This document shows, one piece after another, positions 25,210-38,547 of a stretch of DNA of 64,000 bases; position 1 is the stretch's first letter, and each line of letters opens with the position of its first letter. The DNA is from Mobula hypostoma (lineage: Eukaryota), in NCBI RefSeq assembly GCF_963921235.1, contig NC_086108.1:64916001-64980000 (forward strand), written 5' to 3'. The notes beneath the pieces are model-generated. The model had not been told where the DNA came from and did not search any database. It saw nothing but the letters and a program-made list of their open reading frames with translations. The position numbers and the translations under genes are program-made.

Positions 25210-26930
25210 TAATCTAAATATATATATGAATTATTAAAGAATTTGGGGGATTATGATTATGAAGACTATTCAATTGAAAATGAAAGAGTAAAGAGATTCT
25301 GATTGCTTGAAATTGATAAGCTGTGTCAGATTGTTGCAAAATAATTTCACACAAATATTGGCTGGAATGATACTAGTTGCTACTTGCACTTACTGTTTGA
25401 ATAACCGAAGGGAAAAAGGATGCCGTACCTCAGTAATTCAGGCATGTATCGTGATGGTCAATACACAGTATCACACAGAAATACTGCTTCTCCAGTCTGG
25501 CTGGTTGTGACTGTAGAAATTAGATTGGGCACCATTTTTTTTAATTCCCTAGATTTCTCCGCAATCCCCAAATTGCTTGTAAACCATTTTTACTATTTAC
25601 TCAAGCTGTAGAATGAGTTGGCAATGGAAGTGGTAGATAAGGGTTCATTTGTAACATATAAGAGTAATTTGGGTAAATATGTGAGTGAGAGATGTATGGA
25701 CAGGATGCAGGTAAATGGGACTGGGTAGAAGATGGTTTAGATGGGCTAAAGACCTGTTTTAGAGTAATGCTGTATGATTATGACTTTTCATGATCACATT
25801 ACAAGTCAAACTTCAACCATGATGTGAATCAAACACTATTACTTTGTTTAAAATTACTTTGCTATGTAGCTTCATGGGGTGTCTTAATTCTAGGTTCCAA
25901 TTAACACTTCTTTTGCTCATCATATGTGGGGATTCATGCACCCTTAAGTTAAAATGATGTTTAAATGTTAACACTTCAATGAGGTTTGCATCTGTGAAAT
26001 ATTGATAATGCTAGTAGAATTATATAGAAATTTGCTTTTATTTTAAAATCCCTTACAATTTATTTCAAGATTGTAACATGTTTGCATCACAGTAGTTCTA
26101 CTCTCTTTTACAGCATGAATTTCTTACTGCAAGCAGGTTACTGGCCCAGAATTTATTGAAAAATATCAGTGAAGTTTATGCCATAAAATGAATAAATTAA
26201 GCTATTATTTGGATTTAATATTTCAACTATGAGAAAAAGAGAAATAGAAATAGAGTTAAGTGTTTATTAACACGGAAGTAAGAACAAATGGGAGGAGTGA
26301 TGGGAGTGATTTGGTGAGGGGTATCAGAAAATCGGCTGTGCATCAGCAGTGAGGGAGAGGTCAGCAGATCATGACTCAGTACAGTGAGGGATGGACCCAA
26401 GTATTTAAGAAGGTAAATTTTCCAGATTAGAATAGTGAGATTAAGATCATGTTGTCCCAGGAATGCCTCTTAATATTTCAAAAGGTGATTTGCACCTTGA
26501 AAGACATCATGCATGCATAAAATGAAACCGTCCAATTCTTTGAAGACCTGACTTGACCTGCAAGTCACTGCGTTTGTAATTTACTCTGGGCAAAATAAAG
26601 TTTCATTCCTGTGGTGCTGATAAATCTTCTTCTGTGGCATCTAACTTCTGGGCACATTTGCGTTATTGAAAATCCAAAATTGCTGTGCCTTTCTTGAGGT
26701 AATTTCATGTGCAGCTGAATATGTACTTAAATAGCACAACAAACTATCCTAATTTACAGTTCTCAGATGTAGGAGGTTTAGTTATAGATAAAAATAATTA
26801 AATGAAAGGGCCATATATAATAGCTCTAATTTATTTGCATCCTCCCTTATTCCCTTTGAAAATTGTTGTGCAGGTATCTTAAGCTTTGTATAATAAGAAT
26901 AAAAGGTAGAAAAGTTTGGATCCTGTCTTA

Positions 26931-29095
26931 GAAACATGGAAAACCTACAGCACAATACAGGCCCTTCAGCCCACAATGCTGTGCTGAACATGTCCTTACT
27001 TCAGAAATTACCTAGGGTTACCCATAGCCATTTATTTTTCTAAGCTCCATGTACCTATCCAGGAGTCTCTTAAAAGACCCTATCGGATCCGCATCCACCA
27101 CTGTCACCGGCAGCCCATTTCATGCACTAACATAGTCATAGTCATACTTTATTAATCCCGGGGGAAATTGGTTTTCGTTACAGTTGCTCCATAAATAATA
27201 AATAGTAATAGAACCATAAATAGTTAAATAGTAATATGTAAATTATGCCAGTAAATTATGAAATAAGTCCAGGACCAGCCTATTGGCTCAGGATGTCTGA
27301 CCCTCCAAGGGAGGAGTTGTAAAGTTTGATGGCCACAGGCAGGAATGACATCCTATGATGCTCAGTGCTGCATCTCAGTGGAATGAGTCTCTGGCTGAAT
27401 GTACTCCTGTGCCCACCCAGTACATTATGTAGTGGATGGGAGACATTGACCAAGATGGCATGCAACTTAGACAGCATCCCCTTTTCAGACACCACCGTGA
27501 GAGAGTCCAGTTCCATCCCCACAACATCACTGGCCTTACGAATGAGTTTGTTGATTCTGTTGGTGTTTGCTACCCTCAGCCTGCTGCCCCAGCACACAAC
27601 AGCAAACATGATAGCACTGGCCACCACAGACTCGTAGAACACCCTCAGCATCGTCTGGCAGATGTTAGAGGACCTCATTCTCCTCAGGAAATAGAGATGG
27701 CTCTGACCCTTCTTGTAGACAGCCTCAGTGTTCTTTGACCAGTCCAGTTTATTGTTTATTAACCACTCTCTGCGTAAATAAACTCACCCCTGACAACTTC
27801 TCTGTACCTACTTCCAAGCATCTTAAAACGGTGCCCTCTCGTGCTAGCCATTTCAGCTCTGGGAAAAAGCCTCTGACTACCCACAAGATCAATGCCTCTC
27901 ATCATCTTACACATCTCTATCAGGTCACCTCTCATCCTCCGTCGCTCCAAGGAGAAAAGGCCAAGTTCACACAACCTATTCTCATAAGGCATGCAATCCA
28001 GGCAATATCCTTGTAATTCTCCTCTGCACCCTTTCTATGGTTTCCACATCCTTCCTTTAGTGAGGTGACTAGAACTGAGCACAGTACTCCTCTCTGCTCC
28101 TAAACTCAATCCCACGATTGATGAAGGCCAATGCACTGTTTGCCCTCTTAACCACAGAGTCAACCTGAGTAGCAGCTTTGAGTGTCCTATGGACCTGGAC
28201 CCCAAGATCCCTCTGATCCTCCACACTGCTAAGGGTCTTGCAATTAATGCTATATTCTGCCATCATATTTGACCTACCACAATGAACTATCTCACACTTA
28301 CCTGGGTTGAACTTCATTTGCCACTTCTCAGCACAGTTTTGCATCCTATTGATGTTCCATTGTAACCTCTGACAGCCCTCCACACTATCCACATCACCCC
28401 CAACCTTTGTGTCATCAGCAAATTTATTAACCCATCCCTCCACTTCCTTATCCAGGTCATTGATAAAAATCATGAAGAGAAGGGGTCTCAGAACAGATCC
28501 CTGAGGCACACCACTGGTCACCAACCTCCATGCAGAATATGACCCGTCTACAACCACTCTTTGCCTTCCGTGGGCAAGCCAATTCTGGATCCACAAAGCA
28601 ATGTCCCCTTGGATCCCATGCCTCCTTACTTTCTCAATACGCCGTGCAGGGGTACCTTATCAAATGCCTTGCTGAAATCCATATACACTACATCTACGGC
28701 TCTTCCTTCATCAATGTGTTTAGTCACATCCTCAAAAAATTCAATCAGGCTCGTAAGGCACAGCTTGCCTTTGACAAAGCAATGCTGACTATTCCTAATC
28801 ATATTATGCCTCTCCAAATGTTCATAAAACCTGCCTCTCAGGATATTTTCCATCAACTTACCGACCACTGAAGTAAGACTCCCTGGTCTATAATTTCCTG
28901 GGCTATCTCTACTCCCTTTCTTGAATAAGGGAACAACATCTGCAACCCTCCAATCTTCCGGAACCTCCCCCGTCCCCATTGATGATGCAAAGATCATTGC
29001 CAGAGGCTCAGCAATCTCCTCACTCGCCTCCCGCAGTAGCCTGGTGTACATCTTGTCCCGTCCCGGTGACTTATCCAATTTGATGCTTTCCAATA
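26931..29095 (-). mobile_element. CR1 LINE, 5'-truncated, with a nested Rex1-like insertion
   Basis: ORFs 28626-29156, 28069-28596 and 27759-27992 are CR1 RT. TSD GTCTTA at 26925-26930 and 29096-29101. Confidence 0.95.
27131..27755 (-). mobile_element. Rex1/Babar-like LINE 3' fragment inserted in a CR1 3' region
   Basis: ORF 27280-27678 (FYESVVASAIMFAVVCWG...NKLIRKA...SHPLH...SFLPVAIKLYN). AATAAA plus a (TATGAC)n tail. Confidence 0.9.
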
Positions 29096-29809
29096 GTCTT
29101 ACTTTTGTTACTTTGACTTTTATTACCAACTTATCTTTTGCTAAACTTTCCTGCAACGTGATGTAGTAGGATGTTTATCTGATGTGAGGTAGACCATGGC
29201 TTTATATTCTGAAAGCATATAAATAATTTGTGTGTCCTTATCCCACCCTTTATTCTTGCCAAGTGAAGAGATAACATGATTACTGGAAGGCAATATTGAT
29301 ACTGTGGTAGTATGTGGAACTGAAAGATTTATTTCTGAGCTGTTCAGGAGCTGGCTAACCTGCATCCTTTTAGCTGCAAAGTTACAGGTTCAGGCTGAAA
29401 TCGTATGCCTAGATAATTTTTGATGGACTGAAGTGATGTGCTTAAATTTATTGGTTCAGAAGAGAAATCAAATTTGTGCACCTCTATTTAGATCCAGCTC
29501 TGCATAATTTAATCCAAACAGAACTGAGGAAGGCATTAATTGCATTCTGTGTTTTTGATCCTATGCAATGCAGTAAGGAATGCAAAGCATGAAAGGCCTG
29601 TTGTGGATGTACCTGGCCTCTTCAAGCACATCTGAATTCACTATTAAGTTGTATAACTTGCTGAGCTAAGCAATCGGGTGCATTTCATGTCTATTCCTCA
29701 GAGAAGTGCCAGCCGTAGCTGGTGTATTTAGTGCTACACCATTAATTTGAACAAAGTTAAGTAAAGGTAAATGTTTTATGTATTTTTCTTCATATCATTA
29801 TTTTAAAAT

Positions 29810-30930
29810 AATTAAGTGCATCACCACACACTTCCCTACTCTGCTCTCCATCTGCCAGTTCTTTGCCCATTCTTCCTATTCTGTCCAATTCCTTCTGCCG
29901 ACTCCGTGCTTCCTCACCAGTGCCTGGCCCTCCAATTATCTTGTATTATCTTCAAACTTGGCAACAAAGCATCTAGATTATTAACATGTAACATAAAGAG
30001 AAAAGGTCCCAACACCAACCTCTAAGGAACACCATTAGTCGCCGGCAGCCAATCGGAAAAGCCCCCCTTTATTCCCACTCTTTGCCTCCTATCAGTCAGC
30101 CAATCTTCTCTCCATGCTGGCATCCTTCCTGTAATACTGTGGGCTCTTATCTTGTGTAGTAGCCTCGTGTGGGATCTTGTCATGGGCCTTCTGAAAATCC
30201 AAGTAAATAACATCCACTGCTTTTTATTTCCTCAAAGAATTCCAACAGATTTGTCAGGTAGGACTTCCCCTTAAAGAAACCACGCTGAATTCCACCTATT
30301 TTATCACGTTTCTCTAAGCTCTCCAAAAGCTCATCCTTAATTGTGGTCCCTAACAATTAACAATCACGGAAGTCAGGCTAACTGGCCTATAGTTTCCTGC
30401 TTTTTTTCCCTCCCTCCTAAAGAGTGGGGTGATACTCTACAGCAACCTCTTCTAGAACACTAGGTGTATTCCGTTTTGTCTAGATGACGTATCTCCCTTC
30501 AGACCTTTCTGCTTCCCAGGTCCCTTCATAAAATAGCAAATGCACTCACTCCTGTCCCCCAACACTCTCAGATTTCTGGCATACTGCTGCTGTCCTCCAC
30601 AATGAAGACTGAAGCATTATTGAGTTCTTCCGTCATTTCTTGATCCCCATTACTTCTCTCCAGCATCATTTGCCAGTGGTTGGATATCCAATCTTACCTC
30701 TCTTTTACTCTGTAAATCTGGAAAAAAAAACTTTTGGAATCCTGTTTTATATTATTGGATAGCTTACTTTCATATTTCATCTTTTCTCTCACTATTGCTT
30801 CTTGAGTTAACTTTTCTTGATTTTTTAAAACTTCCCAATCTTCAAGCATTCCCACTAATGTTGCTATATTGTATGCACTCTCTTCTTCTTTTATGCTGTC
30901 TTGGACTTCTCTTGTCAGTCATAGTAGCCT
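29810..30930 (-). mobile_element. Old CR1 fragment
   Basis: Peptide RLLHKIRAHSITG...DWLTDRRQRVGIKGGFSDWLP.TNGVP (ORF 30022-30213). Confidence 0.8.
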
Positions 30931-30939
30931 CTAATTGGA

Positions 30940-31930
30940 TACCACGCATTGGCCACATCTTCCCCTCCTACTCCCTTCAGCATTCTGAGTTGATCATTTC
31001 CTCTGCAACTTGTTGTTTCTCTCATCCATCCCTGTCAACCACTATCATTCTCATTGTGGTCTGCTGTGCAGCTGTACGAGGTGTACCGCCTGCTCTTTTG
31101 CCATTCTTTTCTCACCATACGTGGACCCTCTGGGTGAAGCTGTGATTTACTTGCACTTGATCCATTTTCGTGCATTGCATTCTGTGCTAATGATTTGGTC
31201 CCTCATGCACTGAGAAACAAATACCCCTGGGCACCTTTGCAGGACACCTCCATTCAGCTTCCAATCACCTCTCGCTTTGATACTCTGAATCATTTTTCCC
31301 TGTCTGTGTCTGTTCAATGAAAAACATCTCTTCTATCTGGATATGTTTCAGCCATTGGAACTGACTATTATATTCAGCCATTTTCGATCATCATTTTTCT
31401 CCACAGATGCTGCTGGATATTCTAGTTTCAATGTATTATTTGTTGTGTATTTAATATTTGAGTAATATTGCAAATGTTGTTTGATTAAGCATTCTTTGTT
31501 TTTTACATAATTCATATGAATGAAATACCTGAATGGCATCTGCCATCATCATACCACGTGATATGCACACTCCCTGTTTAAACTAAAAACAAAGCAAAAA
31601 CAGTTTCTCCTGGGCTCCCATTTTTTGCTTTCAATAATGTTTTGGAGTTCCGAAACATAATATTTTGTTTCTTTTCTTTTTTTTTGCCCGCATCTGCCAG
31701 ACTTGAAAGCCATGGTGGTCTTGACTACATTGGTTTGCACCATAGCATAGACGTACCCTCCCGTCTGTCCATTCCTCACCCTCACTTGCAACCAAAAACA
31801 ATTTTTTCCAGTTCAGGTGAAGGGTGATAAACTTGAAACATTTTTTTTTGTCTTCGTGGATGCTGTCTGGCCTGCTGTGTGCTTGCAGCATCTTCTGATT
31901 TTGTTTTTGGATCTCTAGCATCTGCAGACT
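30940..31930 (+). mobile_element. Highly decayed Penelope-like remnants (GIY-YIG region and pseudo-LTR pieces)
   Basis: Degenerate similarity to the 5351-5948 element, including CCACAGATGCTGCTG (near 31400) and GATGCTGTCTGGCCTGCTG...AGCATCTGCAGA (about 31860-31930). Confidence 0.5.
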
Positions 31931-34900
31931 TTTTGTTCCAAGACACCCAGTGAGATTGCAAGGCTTCTGAACAGTGTTCCAATCATTTCATAAGTTATTT
32001 GAGGCTTTGAGATTGTTCTTGTTCTATGGAGTTGGCACAGACCAGTTCCTAAAGCTACCTGGTGCCTAACAGGAGAGTTAAGGAACATAAGGAATTGTAG
32101 CTTTTTGTGTTTATTAATATTCTTTAAATGATAGCAGAGTCAAAATCGATCAAAATGTAATGTGGTGTTTTAATGCATGTGCTGGTGTCTGAGAACCTAA
32201 TACAAGCTTGCTAAGCTTTACTGGATTGTGTTTCCTGATTGCACAAAAAATGACAAATGCTGTACATCTCAAATAAAAATGAAAATGCTGAAGAAAAACA
32301 GTATGATATTACTTAATGCATTTTCTCAACACTTCTCTTGTGATTCCTAATTTCAAGAAACTGTGCTGTAATTTTTAATGGGCTTTGTTTTGTCATTTCT
32401 CATTAGTTATTATCAGACATCTGTAATTAATAGCTAAATGATGTCATGTGAATAGGGTTTATATTATATAGCTTTTATTGCCCACATCTTGACAACATTT
32501 TTTTTGAGCCCTTGGGAGCCTGGGATTCAGTGTACTGCAACCTAGCCTGAATCCTCTCAAGGGATTATGCCTTGCCATCTTCGTCTGATTAAAAAAATGC
32601 TGAGAACTTAGAGGAAAAGAAAACATTTTATATTTCTTTCTCTGGCCTTAACACCCTTGAGTGGCAGAAGTTAAAGACATAGTTAATAATGATTTAAAAA
32701 GGAAGGTAGATAACTAGAGAACATAGTTTGGTAGAGTAACCTAAGTACACACGAGTAGGACATTTTATTATGCAGTACATTGTAATAATACATCAATGAT
32801 AGTTAAAGTAAGTTCTTTTTGAATGTTAATTAAGTGTTTGGATGAATAAATAAAAGGAAACAAAATTGAAGGCTTATGTGGAAAGTACAGGAGTATATCA
32901 ATGAACCAGCCTAGGTATGATAGACAGAATGACCTTCTAGACTACATAATCCTATGGCAAAAGCAGGTGGGTGGTCTGCATCTGAGCTATTGCTACAGTG
33001 CTGGATTTGCACACACTGGACAGTGGTGATTATTCTCAGAGTCTTTTTCCCTCTAGAAATAGTTAACTTCCTTCCTATGATAATGACCAGAAGCAGAGTG
33101 AGGATGATGGCTGTCAACCAATCAGCACCATACCACCTAGCTAAAAACCACATTGAATTAAAGCCACATTAAAATGGCAAGGCACCCCAGTTTACTCTTG
33201 TTTTTTTTGTTATATGCTTACCCATAGTATAATATTTTTCTGTATGGTATAACTTTGTTCATGTCACTGCAAAAACACATCAATTTTGTAAACAAGCAGA
33301 TCTAACAAGCCAGAGTCCCTCTGGCTGGTTTGATCATTTAAGAAAATGGATATTTATACATTGTTTTTACATTTTAAAGATGTGTGAGATTAATACTGTT
33401 TATTGTCCTGCGTCAGCAAGGTTAAATTGTGTGATAATTGATCATAAATCACACTTGTGGACTGAAAAATACAGAAAAAAAGAATACGAAACGAGCTTTA
33501 TCAATGTGGTTTAGTTACTGGAAGAGTCAGCAAGAGTCTGATCAAAGAACTTTCATTAGGGTTTAGCCTTGCTGCAGAATTCTTAAAATGCTGAAGATGG
33601 AACTGGAATGATATTGAATTGGAGCGAGAAGAAAAATGACCGTGACTATGGTAGATACACAGAAGCTGCCATCGTTAATGAAACCAACATACTCATTGGC
33701 ATTCAGGGTCAGTAAACCTGGAGGAATTTCTTGTACCTAAGTTTTTATTTGTGATTTTCTTCTACTCTTACTAACTTTTACTGTTCCAAGCTACAGATAC
33801 TTCTAAGTTTTGTTCATTAGTATCTTTATTAATTAACCAGCTCTCCACCAGTGCATCTCATCCTTTATTCAACTTTATTCTCTGTATCCTTCTAAATGAA
33901 AAATACCTGTGAAGGAATTTTGTTGGCTTTACATTTCAAGCCTCAAATTATTCATCACCTGCAAACTATTCCACCCATTTAAGCATATCTGCCACAAATT
34001 TCCTCTTATCGCCATGTCACTTCGGTGTAATATGCGTACAAGGCCAAAGGAATTTTCCATAGATAGGGAGAATCCCTTGTCTGCAGGTGGAGATTCATTT
34101 TAAAATAAGGAGAAGCCTAATGTGTTTGTATCATTAACTTCCTGGACCAAAATACATGAAACTTGCAAAGTCTTTCATTTTAAGATTGTGACCAGAAATA
34201 GTTCAGGGTAGAAATCAGAGATCTTGCAGCTATTGTTATCAAAGGAACAGTTTGAAGTACCTCTAAGCATCTATTCAACTGCTGCCTGCAATACTGTATG
34301 TTTTACTAAGTCCCTTCAGCAAACACCAAGATATCTAGATATTGAAACAGGTGATCACCTGTTTAATGGAAATTAATTAACTCCAAAACCCCTGTACTGC
34401 TGGTGGAATGTAAATTCAGATCTGTTGTGCCCTGTTCACTCAACTTCCCTGTGAGTGGTCTCCATTGGCTTCTTGTTAAGCAGCACACCTTTGTTACCTA
34501 AGCCTATCGAATCTTCCGTAGTCATATCATCACTGGCTATGTAATCTCCACCTTTACAAACCTCAATTAGGTGGTTCTCCTCTTGATCAACACTGATTGA
34601 CTTGCTCCCACATCAAAATCCGAGTCATGGCCCTAAGCTCTGGAATTATCTCATTAAACTGCAACATCTCTCAACCTCTTCCTTCTCTTTCCCCCTTTCT
34701 GACAGTCTTTGAAATGGTTCTTTTCAACCAATTATTTGTTTATCAGTTATGATATCTGATAATTACTCATGTAGTTTGGTTTCAAATAATGTCTTATGAA
34801 TGGCTTTGGGAAGCAACATATCAAGTTTTTTGTTTGTAAATGCAAACGGTTGATGCCTTCAGAGAAATAGTGTTGGCACAAGAAAGTTATTCAAAACTTT

Positions 34901-35262
34901 GCCAGATATGAGGAACTGGTTAGCGACTGTTGGACGCAGGAATGGAAGGCAAAGTGTATGCCTGTTGAGGAGGGCTGCGAGGACTTTGCTGGACAGTCTC
35001 TTCACAGAGCCCTTGCCTCATTGGACGTCACTGGTACAAGGAGGCAGGGAGCCCTCAAGCAGAGAAAGCCTCAAGGTGGCTCTGGATGAAGAGAACAAGT
35101 CCGTGGGGATCTGCAGCACCTGCTACGTGTACACAAGTCGTGGCTTGATCAACCATGGCTGGGTCGGCTGGGTCACCTGGGTGAGGGTGAGTGATGTTGA
35201 AAGACCCAAAACATCCGATGACCCCAGGTTACATCACTGATGATGTGTTCACAGCCTTGTGA
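34901..35262 (+). mobile_element. HERO-like non-LTR retrotransposon 3' end (restriction-like endonuclease C-terminus plus 3' UTR)
   Basis: Manual translation from 34901 gives ARYEELVSDCWTQEWKAKCMPVEEGCEDFAGQSLHRALASLDVTG, then after a frameshift AEKASRWLWMKR. This matches the recalled HERO pattern KY.ELV..C...GW.A.C.P.EVGCRGF.G.SL...AE.ASRWLW.KR. 3' UTR ATGACCCCAGGTTACATCACTGATGATGTG. Confidence 0.8.
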
Positions 35263-37315
35263 GATGTATTCTTCAAAAAAAAATGTATTCTTCAAAAAAA
35301 AACAAAATATTTACAGTAGAGAAACAGACCAACAGATGTGTGCTTATATTTGTGCTACACGTGGTTCTTTTCATGCATCTAACTTATTTCCCTTTCTCTC
35401 TCAAGTACTCACCTAGCTTCCCATCACATATATTTATACATCAGCTGATTTGTTTTTAGCTATAATTGCAAAAGAACAATTTATGTTATTTGACTGCTCG
35501 CTTTGTGCTTCACTGTAATTGTTTTCAATTACAATAACAAGAGCAACCTATTATCTGTGTCAAAGCTGCTCTGGGTTCACTTTACGGAGGCCTTGTCCAA
35601 CAACTCAGCTAAAGTTAAGACCTGAATAAATTAATGTTATTCATGCAAGCAACATTGGTGGTTGTGCTGCAGTTTTTCTCAGCAGTCATTGGTTGGGAAT
35701 AGGGAAATGTGCTGGGGTTCCTCTCTAGCAGCATCTTCTGAAGATTGCAGGTAACAGTGTTAATTCCTGCATATGAGTGTACTGGTTATACTATCAGGGT
35801 CATGTATGAGTAACCAACATCTCAAGGTGAGTTGGAGAGAGTGGCAGAAAATTGATTTTTGTGATAAAGGCAAAGGAAGGGGAAATTCAGTTGCATTATT
35901 ACAAAACAGTATTCAATATTTACAACACAAGACAGACAAGCCAGATAGACCAGTGCTGAAATCAGTGTTCCACATGCTCCTCTTTCTACATCTAACTTCA
36001 TCAATACATACTCATTTTCCTTTCTAGTTCATGTTCTCACCTTGCTTCTCCACATATTTGTTTATACATTCTATGTCTATTCAGCTGCTTTTAGCTATAA
36101 ACACAAAAGAAAAATCTGTTTTTAGCTCCATTCTTACCGAGCATACTGCTGTGTAGTAAGATTGTTTTTTAAAAGAAATTTAATCTAAGTATGCGGTAAC
36201 TATCAATCTGTTATTGTACAGATAACCCTTATAACAAAATCAAGACAGTCTCTTAAAGATTATTCATTAGATCTCTTGCACAAGAAAAACGTAGATGTGA
36301 ATGCATCTGGTGGCTAAGTAAAGCTGCTGCCGTGCTATTTGACAAACAATAGTGCTATTTCTGTGCTACTTCTGCTCAGAAGCACTTAGCTGTATTATTG
36401 GTGCTTTCATTTAAGTAACAGATATACCTACTAGTTTGAATTCTTCTTTCTTTTAATTCAGTAAACAAAATTATTAAAAGCTTCTTTTCCTAAAAATTTA
36501 AGCAGGCCCATAATTCAAAGAAATAAATTGTAGCTTTCTTGAAGCAATTCATTTTGCAACACTGCAAACTTAATTTACAGGTAACTTTTCTGAATATTGT
36601 CTAGGGTTCTCTAATTTTAAGAGAAATTGGAATATGGGTCTTTCTGTGCATTTATTGAACTGCATATCCTCCAAAAGAGATACTGTTAGTTAAACATCAC
36701 CGGCCTGCTTAATTCTCACTCATAAACATTATCTCAAAAATAAAACTTATGATGATAGCTTACAAATGGAATGACCAGGAAAAGTGTGAAAGAGATGGAT
36801 CATTACTTTTGGAAAACCAAAATAATGATCTTTACCTGAAGTACAGAATATTTCACCATATCTGTGCTGCGTTGACTGCATCCACTATAACATTCTGTGA
36901 TGCACTGTCTGTCTGTACTTCTCTCTATAATTAAAAATATAAAGCATAGAAATTTGATTTGTGCAATTCTTTCCTCTAATGTGATGCACAATATAACATC
37001 AATTTTTCCAGGACTGGATTATATGTGTGATAATTTCTAGGTAAATTGCAACAGTTGTACAATGGACTACAGTACCAACATTAACACATCTGATTTTCCT
37101 CAGCTCCAGCATAAACCTAACAGTTTTACCCATATGAATATGAATTGTGGGTGATCTTCATGAAACAGATTTACTGGAGCACATGCTCTTGCTTTTTTGT
37201 TATTTAAAGGGATGCTTTATGAATATCAGGTGATCTTGCTGGGCAGACTCAGATATAACTGTAGGCTGCTCTCTGAACTTCACCATCATTACAAGCAATA
37301 ACCCCAAGCCTTTAT

Positions 37316-37436
37316 ATCATCGTCACTAAGTGCCATGTCATACGACATGGGAAATCATGACCATGATTGTTCATGGAAAAATTTTCTACAGAAGTGGTTT
37401 GCCATTGCTTTCTTCTGGGTCCATGATGATGATGAT
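37316..37436 (-). mobile_element. Short RTE/BovB-related SINE remnant
   Basis: AGAAGTGGTTTGCCATTGCTTTCTTC motif (reverse complement of a GCAATGGCAAACCAC box) with ATC/ATG triplet repeats at the ends. Confidence 0.5.
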
Positions 37437-37774
37437 GTAGATGGACAAAAAATTTGGCATGGATGGGGGGCCCATGTCTGTGCTGAACAACTCTGTGACT
37501 AGAAGAGAGTTCTGTAAATGTCCGACCATATCATTGTGATAGTGCACCAGCACAGGTGATAATGAGGAAGTGTATAGTCGATCAATTTAATTGGATATAA
37601 TGAACACAATGAAAGACAGTTAATGAGCAAATCTGGCAGATTCTGTACAGCTGCTGCTAGTAAGATGTTTTGTACCTCAGTTGCTCCTGTGCCCGCGAGC
37701 AGGAGGATCATTTTCAGCAGACTGCTAAATTGATCCTCTTTCCAATCTGGACTCTCTGCTTTTCCTTACTGAAT

Positions 37775-38288
37775 GAGGAGACTTGTCTGTCACCAAAGAC
37801 TCCAGCTAATTTCCATGGATGTATCACAGAGAGCATCCTGACTGGTTGTGACATTGCCTGCTACCCTCCAATGCACAGGATTGAAAGAGGCTGCAGAGGG
37901 TTGTAGAATCAATCAACTCCATCAAGGGCACAACCCTCCCCAGCATCAAGTTTATCTTCAAAAGGCATTGCCTCTCAAGAAGGCAGCATCCATCACTGAG
38001 AATCCTCAGCATTCAGAGCATGTCCTGTTCTCGTTACCACCACTGGTGAAGCGGTACAGGAGCCTGAAGACCCACAATCAAAAGTTTACAAACAGCTTCT
38101 TTATGTCCACCATCAGATTTCTGAATGGTCCATAAACCCATGAACACTACCTCACTATTCCTCTTTTGTACTATTCATTAATTTGTTCATTGTAACCTAC
38201 AGTAAGTTGTATGGCTTACACTATACAGCTGCTGCAAAACAGCAAATTTCATAACATACGTCAGTAATAATGTACTTGATTCTGATTT
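37775..38288 (+). mobile_element. Rex1/Babar-like LINE 3' fragment
   Basis: ITESILTGC and KKAASITENPQHSEHVLFSLPP..KRYRSLKTH.QKFTNSFF.STIRFLN peptides. GATTCTGAT tail. Confidence 0.85.
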
Positions 38289-38547
38289 AGCCTGAATGGA
38301 GGTTTTGAAAGACATAATCCTAAATTTGGAAGTGTTGTGTGGAGGCGCTGAAGGTAGAATGTCTTTTCTGATGATGAGGTGGTGAAGTATTAGGAAAGGA
38401 TATTAGGAAATTGGTGAAGTATTGTGGTGGGGTGGGAATAAAACTTCAAGGAAGTAGTATTTTTAATAGTCTGTGCTTGACATTGATACATCTTGTGAGA
38501 TGAAGAAATCATTTGCAGCATTGTTTATGGATTTTCACTTCTGGGCA

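Noticed and set aside
31534..31546. TGGCATCTGCCA as an NFI autoregulatory site
   Set aside because: The spacer is 4 nt, not the 5 nt of TTGGC(N5)GCCAA. I found no full canonical NFI site by eye in the window.
34899..35240. 113-aa ORF as a host exon
   Set aside because: It is an off-frame reading of the HERO-like fragment; the meaningful frame starts at 34901.
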